Shown piece after piece: positions 57,420-64,000 of a stretch of 64,000 nt of DNA. Source of the stretch: the human T2T-CHM13v2.0 reference genome, Homo sapiens. Both the position numbers and the translations under genes were made by a program. The notes under the pieces are model-generated. The model saw nothing but the letters and a program-made list of their open reading frames with translations. It was not told where the DNA came from and made no database searches. Numbering within the stretch: position 1 is the first letter of the stretch; each line of letters begins with the position of its first letter. Where the stretch lies: NCBI RefSeq assembly GCF_009914755.1, contig NC_060925.1, one strand, 5' to 3'.

Positions 57420-59932
57420 CTCCCTCTCCCCCTCCCCCTCCCCCTCCCCCTCCCCCTCCCCCTCTCCCTCTCCCTCTCCCCACAGTCTCCTTCCACGGTC
57501 TCCCTCTGATGCCGAGCCAAAGCTGGACGGTACTGCTGCCATCTCGGCTCACTGCAACCTCCCTGCCTGATTCTCCTGCCTCAGCCTGCCGAGTGCCTGC
57601 GATTGCAGGCGCGCGCTGCCACGCCTGACTGGTTTTCGTTTTTTTTTGGTGGAGACTGGGTTTTGCTGTGTTGGCCGGGCTGGTCTCCAGCTCCTAACCG
57701 CGAGTGATCCGCCAGCCTCGGCCTCCCGAGGTGCCGGGATTGCAGACGGAGTCTCGTTCACTCAGTGCTCAATGGTGCCCAGGCTGGAGTGCAGTGGCGT
57801 GATCTCAGCTCACTACAACCTACACCTCCCAGCCGCCTGCCTTGGCCTCCCAAAGAGCCGAGATTGCAGCCTCTGCCCGGCCGCCACCCCGTCTGGGAAG
57901 TGAGGAGCGTCTCTGCCTGGCCGCCCATCGTTTGGGAGGTGAGGAGCCCCTCTGCCTGGCTGCCCAGTCTGGAAAGTGAGGAGCGTCTCTGCCCAGCCGC
58001 CATCCCATCTAGGAAGTGAGGAGCGTCTCTGCCCGGCCGCCATCCCATCTAGGAAGTGAGGAGCATCTCTGCCTGACCCGCCCATCGTCTGAGTGGGGAG
58101 CGCCTCTGCCCCGCCGCCCTGTCTAGGATGTGAGGAGCGCCTCTGCTGGGCCGCAACCCTGTCTGGGAAGTGAGGAGCGTCTCTGCCCGGCCGCCCCGTC
58201 TGAGAAGTGAGGAAACCCTCTGCTTGGCAACCGCCCCGTCTGAGAAGTGGGGAGCCCCTCCGTCCGGCAGCCACCCCGTCTGGGAAGTGAGGAGCCTCTC
58301 CGCCCGGCAGCCACCCCGTCCGGGAGGGAGGTGGGGGGGGGTCAGCCCCCCGCCCGGCCAGCCGCCCCGTCCGGGAGGTGAGGGGATCCTCTGCCCGGCC
58401 GCCCCTACTGGGAAGTGAGGAGCCCCTCTGCCCGGCCAGTTGCCCCGTCCAGGAGGGAGGTGGGGGGGTCAGCCCCCCACCCGGCCAGCCGCCCAGTCCG
58501 GGAGGGAGGTGGGGGGTCAGCCCCCCGCCCGGCCAGCCGCCCCGTCCGGGAGGGGGGAGGGGGGGTCAGCCCCCTGCCCGGCCAGCCGCCCCGTCCGGGA
58601 GGGAGGTGGGGGGATCAGCCCCCCGCCTGGCCAGCCGCCCCGTCCGGGAGGTGAGGGGCGCCTCTGCCCGGCCGCCCCTACTGGGAAGTGAGGATCCCTC
58701 TGCCCGGCCAGCCGCCCCGTCCGGGAGGGAGGAGGGGGGTCAGCCCCCCGCCCGGCCAGCCACCCCGTCCGGAAGGGAGGTGGGGGGATCAGCCCCCCGC
58801 CCGGCCAGCCGCCCCGTCCGGGAGGTGAGGGGCGCCTCTGCCCGGCCGCCCCTACTGGGAAGTGAGGAGCGCCTCTGCCCAGCCAGCCGCCCCGTCCGGG
58901 AGGGAGGTGGGGGGGTCAGCCCCCCGCCTGGCCAGCCACCCCATCCGGGAGGGAGGTGGGGAGGTCAGCCCCCTGCCCGGCCAGCCGCCCCGTCCGGGAG
59001 GGAGGTGGGGGGTCAGCCCCCCGCCCGGCCGGCCGCCCCGTCCGGGAGGTGGGGGCGCCTCTGCCCGGCCGCCCCTACTGGGAAGTGAGGACCCCTCTGC
59101 CCGGCCAGTCGCCCCGTCCGGGAGGGAGGTGGGGGGGTCAGCCCCCCGCCCGGCCAGCCGCCCTATCCAGGAGGTGAGGGGCGCCTCTGCCCGGCCGCCC
59201 CTACTGGGAAGTGAGGACCCCTCTGTCTGGCCAGCCGCCCTGTCCGGGAGGGTGGTGGGGGGGTCAGCCCCCCGCCCGGCCAGCCGCCCTATCCAGGAGG
59301 TGAGGGGCGCTTCTGCCCGGCCGCCCCTACTGGGAAGTGAGGAGCCCCTCTGCCCGGCCACCACCCCGTCTGGGAGGTGTGCCCAGCGGCTCATTGGGGA
59401 TGGGCCATGATGACAATGGCGGTTTTGTGGAATAGAAAGGCGGGAAGGGTGGGGAAAAAATTGAGAAATCGGATGGTTGCCGGGTCTGTGTAGAAAGAAG
59501 TAGATATGGGAGACTTTTCATTTTGTTCTGTACTAAGAAAAATTCTTCTGCCTTGGGATCCTGTTGATCTGTGACCTTAACCCCAACCCTGTGCTCTCTG
59601 AAACACGTGCTGTGTCCACTCAGGGTTAAATGGATTAAGGGCGGTGCAAGATTTGCTTTGTTAAACAGATGCTTGAAGGCAGCATGCTCGTTAAGAGTCA
59701 TCACCACTCCCTAATCTTAAGTACCCAGGGACACAAACACTGCGGAAGGCCGCAGGGTCCTCTGCCTAGGAAAACCAGAGACCTTTGTTCACTTGTTTAT
59801 CTGCTGACCTTCCCTCCACTATTGTCCTGTGACCCTGCCAAATCCCCCTCTGCGAGAAACACCCAAGAATGATCAATAAAAAAAAAAAAATAAATAAATA
59901 AAAAAAAAAATAAATAAAAAAAATAAATAAAT
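57420..59932 (+). mobile_element. Full-length SVA retrotransposon (subfamily not determined), antisense to EIF4G3
   Basis: CCCTCT/CCCCCT hexamer head at 57420-57480, antisense Alu-like domain, GC-rich VNTR ~57870-59380, SINE-R, AATAAA at 59875-59880, A-rich tail, TSD AAAAATTCAT (57410-57419 / 59933-59942). Confidence 0.97.
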
Positions 59933-60030
59933 AAAAATTCATGAAGTGAACTGATAGGTAAGCGAATTAAGGGGATCCCACAAGAATCTTTCCTGTAGAG
60001 GTATCAGGGAAGGTGACATAGTCTTTATAC

Positions 60031-60177
60031 CTCTACCCAGTCAAAGATCTGTTCATCATTCGCTTTGTCCTCAATAATGAGTTTCTCGAGTCGCTTATAC
60101 AGCTCTTCGGCAGACAGTTCTTTCTTTGAAAGTGCTTCAGAGGAACAGGGACTGTCAGACTCTATGAAGTCCAACTT
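60031..60177 (-). CDS. EIF4G3: EIF4G3 coding exon (147 nt; KLDFIESDSPCSSEALSKKELSAEELYKRLEKLIIEDKANDEQIFDWVE)
   Basis: CAG acceptor, GAG|GTATAA donor; start of W2 domain; phase 0/0. Confidence 0.95.
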
Positions 60178-60947
60178 CTGAAACATAAAAGGTGGAACAT
60201 ATTAATATATTAATATAATTCTATGTTATTGTCATCCTGAGAGAAGAACAAAGTCATAGGTTACGTCTTCTATTTTACATGGAATCAAAATGATCAGCAG
60301 AGGCTATTTTATGTTTGTAGTTTTTTTTTTTTTTTTTTTTGAGACAGGGTCTTGCTCTGTCATCCAGGCTGGAGTAGTTTGGCTTACTGCAACTTCCACA
60401 TCACGGGCTCAAGCAATCCTCCCACCTCAGCCTCCTGAGTAGCTGGGACTCCAGACCCACACCACCACACTTGGCTATTTTTTTGTGTTTTTAGTAGAGA
60501 AGGGGTCTTGCCATGCTGCCCAGGCTGGTCTTGAACTCCTGAGCTCAAGCAATCCGCCCTCCTTGGCCTCCCAAAGACGGGATTACAGGCATGACTCACC
60601 ACGCCCAACCTGTTCGTATTATAGTTTTGAAAAACTGTCAGTCCATTATCCTTCTGAATATTTTTCCAACTTCTCATACCGTGTATCTTAAAAAAGAAGG
60701 TAATAACCCCCTATAATTATCTCTAGGCTATGGTTACACGCAAATAATCTTGAGCTTCAATCTTCCCCTTAGCTGCAACATAGCTCTTTAAGGCAGGATA
60801 GGAGCCCTAGAAAAGGGTACAATTTCACTCTCTTTCTGCAACCTATGGTTTAATATTAGTATTGGTACTCAGCAGCTATCAAAACTAGATAGTTTTGGCT
60901 TTGTTAAGTTGTGGCCATTTCGAATATAGGTGTGAGAAATGATGCTA

Positions 60948-61275
<328 letters not shown>

Positions 61276-62083
61276 TCAAAAAGAAAAAAAAAATCTATAA
61301 TCAAAATTATTCATAATTTTCAAAGGACTAAAGAAATGAAGTACATAGGTATGCCTTGCTTTATGTGGCTTCATTATACAAAAACCATAAAGATGAAAAT
61401 ATTAAGGATTACTCACATAAGGTTTTCTCTAATACTCTTGAATACTCTGGTATGGTCCTATACCCTATCCCCAATCCACAAAGTGAAAACCACAGTCTTG
61501 AGTTCTGTCATCTGATTGTTCCGTTTCTACCACTTACGTAGCATCTCTAAATTATATTTCCCAATAAGGTTTTATTATTTATTTATTTTTGACTTGGGGT
61601 CTCACTATGTTGCCAAGTTGGACTTGAACTCTGGGGCTCAAAGATCCTTCTGCCTCAGCCTCCCGAGCAGCTGAGACTACAGTGTGCACCACTGCACCCA
61701 GCTCCATAAGATTTTAGAAACATGGCTCAATATTACAATTTTTCTGATTTAGTATTGGTTAACTATACATCCAATCCATGATGCTCCAATATATGCAAAA
61801 AAGCACAACATGAAGGCCATAAGCTGTTTAAGCAAACTGTAAGTCAAGATACAGGCCAAGTATTTTTCAACCTCATTTTTCAAACTATAAACATTTTTAT
61901 ATATTCATTTTATTATATATATATTATTTTGCCTTTTTTTTCTTTTAAACTGAAGTCTCATATTTATTTATTTAGACAGGGTCTTGCTCTTTCGCTCAGG
62001 TTACAGTGCAGTGGCACTATCAAGGCTCACTGCAGCCTTGACCTCCGATTGCTTTTTTTTTCTTTTAAACTGAAGTCTCATAT

Positions 62084-62114
<31 letters not shown>

Positions 62115-62198
62115 GACAGGGTCTTGCTCTTTTGCCCGGGTTGCAGTGCAATGGCACTATCATGGCTCACTGCAGCCTTGACCTCCCAGGCCAAGTGA

Positions 62199-62495
62199 TC
62201 CTTAGCGAACTAATGCAGGAACAAAAAACCAAATACTGCGTGTTCTCACTTATAGGTGGGAGCTAAATGGTGACAATACATGGACACATAGAGGGGAACA
62301 ACACACACGAACCTATCAGAGGGCAGAGGTTGGGAGAAGGGAGAAGATCAGGAAAAATAACTAATAGGTACTAGGCTTAATACCTGGGTGACAAAATAAT
62401 CTGTAAAGCAAACCCCCATGACACAAGTTTACCTATAGAACAAACCTGCACATGTACCCCTGACCTTAAAATAAAAGTTAAATTAACAAAAAAAG
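62199..62495 (+). mobile_element. L1PA-type 3' end
   Basis: TGTTCTCACTTATAGGTGGGAGCTAAA..TACCTGGGTGAC..AAACCTGCACATGTACCCC..TAAAATAAAAGTT. Confidence 0.85.
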
Positions 62496-62499
62496 AGGA

Positions 62500-62602
62500 C
62501 TCAGGGAGAGGGAGTGGAGAAGGAGGAAAGAGGAGAGAGGGGAGAGGAGAGGAGACAGAGAGACTGGAGACAGAAAGAAAGAGAGAGAGACAGAGAGAGA
62601 GA
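62500..62602. repeat. GA-rich low-complexity tract
   Basis: Direct reading. Confidence 0.85.
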
Positions 62603-63764
62603 TACTATTGGCTGCAGCAGGGAGGTGCAGCTGGGGCCGTACACTGCATGGAGCCGGTGGGAGCCCTGCCCCTTCTGAGTTGGGATGGAAGCTGCCTGTG
62701 CTACTGCAGCCACCCAAACCATAGCTGCGGACCCAAGCCTCCTGCTCTTTGGAGCAGGCAGGAGCCCTGCCCTCCCACCCAAACTGCAGCTGTGGATTCG
62801 AGCCTTTCTTGAGGGAGCAGGCAGGATCTCCCCTCCTGGGTGCTGTCGCAGCTGCCTGACCTGCGGCTGCAGACCTGGGCCTCCCGTTCCACAAAGCAGG
62901 CAGGGGACGGGAAAAGGGGGAGCCCTGCCTCTTCTGAGTTGGTGGGGTGGGAGCTCTGGGGTGCAGCTGTGGCTGCCCTCCTAGGCATGCAGCACCTGGG
63001 CGTCTCTGCAGTCAGCACCCTCGGGTGTCCCAGGAAAGACCCCCTGTCCCTGCAGGCTCAGAGTTGCCTGCTCTCTGATCTTGGAGTGGGGTTGGGACCA
63101 AGCCCCAGGGCCATGAATGGCAGCAGGAGGCAGACAGAGTCCTGGGTGGAAGGGGGCAGGGTCCCCAGTAAGGCCCCACCCTCAGGCCAGGGAGGACCTG
63201 AAGGCTGGGGGCTGGGATGCCAGTCCAGCAGAGTGGAGTAGGGGCTCATGGTGCCTCTTCCAGGCCCAACCATGGCTGCCTATGGACCAATTGGCATGCA
63301 TTTCTTCCCCTCTGAGGTATAAAAGCCCTGGACTCAGCCAGAACAGGGTAGCAGATGGGCAGAGGACAAAGAGGGTAGAGAGACGATAGGAGGACCAGCT
63401 GCAGAGAAGAATGCCTTCTCTGCTGAGAGCTGCAGAGATGACCTGCCAGCAGAGAGGAGGTACCCTCTCCTCTGAGAGCTTCAGAGACCTGCAGAAATGT
63501 CCAAACGACCTGCCTGTGGAGAGGAGCTATCCTCTCCAGAGCCTCCTCTCTACAGAGAGCTGAACACTCCATGGGACAACCTGCCTACTAGAGAGGAGCT
63601 ACCCACTCCTCTGAGCTGTTCTAACACTAAATAAAACTCTTCTTCACCCTTCATTTGTTTGCGTACCTCATTCTTCCTGGACACAGGAAAAGAACTCGGG
63701 CAAAGGTGCCATGGCCACAGAGGTTTCTGGCCAAAAAAATCGACACTCCAGAGATCCCGTTAAC
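62603..63764 (+). mobile_element. MER52-like ERV1 LTR
   Basis: GC-rich U3, TATAAAAG at ~63318, AATAAA at ~63630, end GGCCACAGAGGTTTCTGGCC...GATCCCGTTAACA. Confidence 0.7.
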
Positions 63765-64000
63765 ACTACTGCTTAAATACTTTTGATAGTCACAGCCCTA
63801 AAAGATACTTCAGCATGAAAGAGTTGAAATAACAGCCAGCCCCAGCACTGGCCTCTCAGTCAACTAAAAGTCAATTAAAAGACACAACCCCAATCCTTGG
63901 AAAATGAAGTCCTTATTGTTCAACCTGGCACCAGCAAGCTGCACCAGAAATGGTGTGATGCCAGTTTCCTGGTGGTCTGCCACTGGGCTGGGTACTGGTA

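Noticed and set aside
57549-59872. ORFs of 126-236 aa with repeated motifs
   Set aside because: Translations of the SVA Alu-like, VNTR and SINE-R regions
62478-63572. Overlapping ORFs of 70-138 aa
   Set aside because: Lie within a GC-rich LTR or GA tract; no gag/pol/env similarity seen

Overview
Human-type (primate) genomic DNA that is very Alu-dense; the gene content matches the chr1p36 HP1BP3/EIF4G3 locus, recognised from translated exons. Two protein-coding genes lie in tandem on the minus strand. (1) The 5' part of HP1BP3: a CpG-island promoter at ~28.6-30.2 kb, non-coding first exon(s), and seven coding exons (22997 down to 7928; 890 nt of CDS with consistent splice phases). (2) The last four coding exons and 3' UTR of EIF4G3 (60177 down to ~49045). 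The rest is mostly transposon-derived: a full-length SVA with a TSD, MER4A1/MST/MER52 LTRs, Tigger3/MER44/MER1/MER5/MER3 DNA transposons, L1/L2 fragments and dozens of Alus. I found no convincing new gene or multi-gene system. The most unusual structure is a complex templated inverted duplication (~6.5-9.25 kb) that brackets the frame-shifting HP1BP3 exon encoding the PxVxL HP1-binding motif and includes a near-perfect 43-bp hairpin. Other points of note are a GC-AG intron, an Alu-derived 60-bp VNTR, an SVA ~90 bp from an EIF4G3 splice donor, and several local tandem duplications. Repeat boundaries and subfamily calls were made by eye and are approximate.
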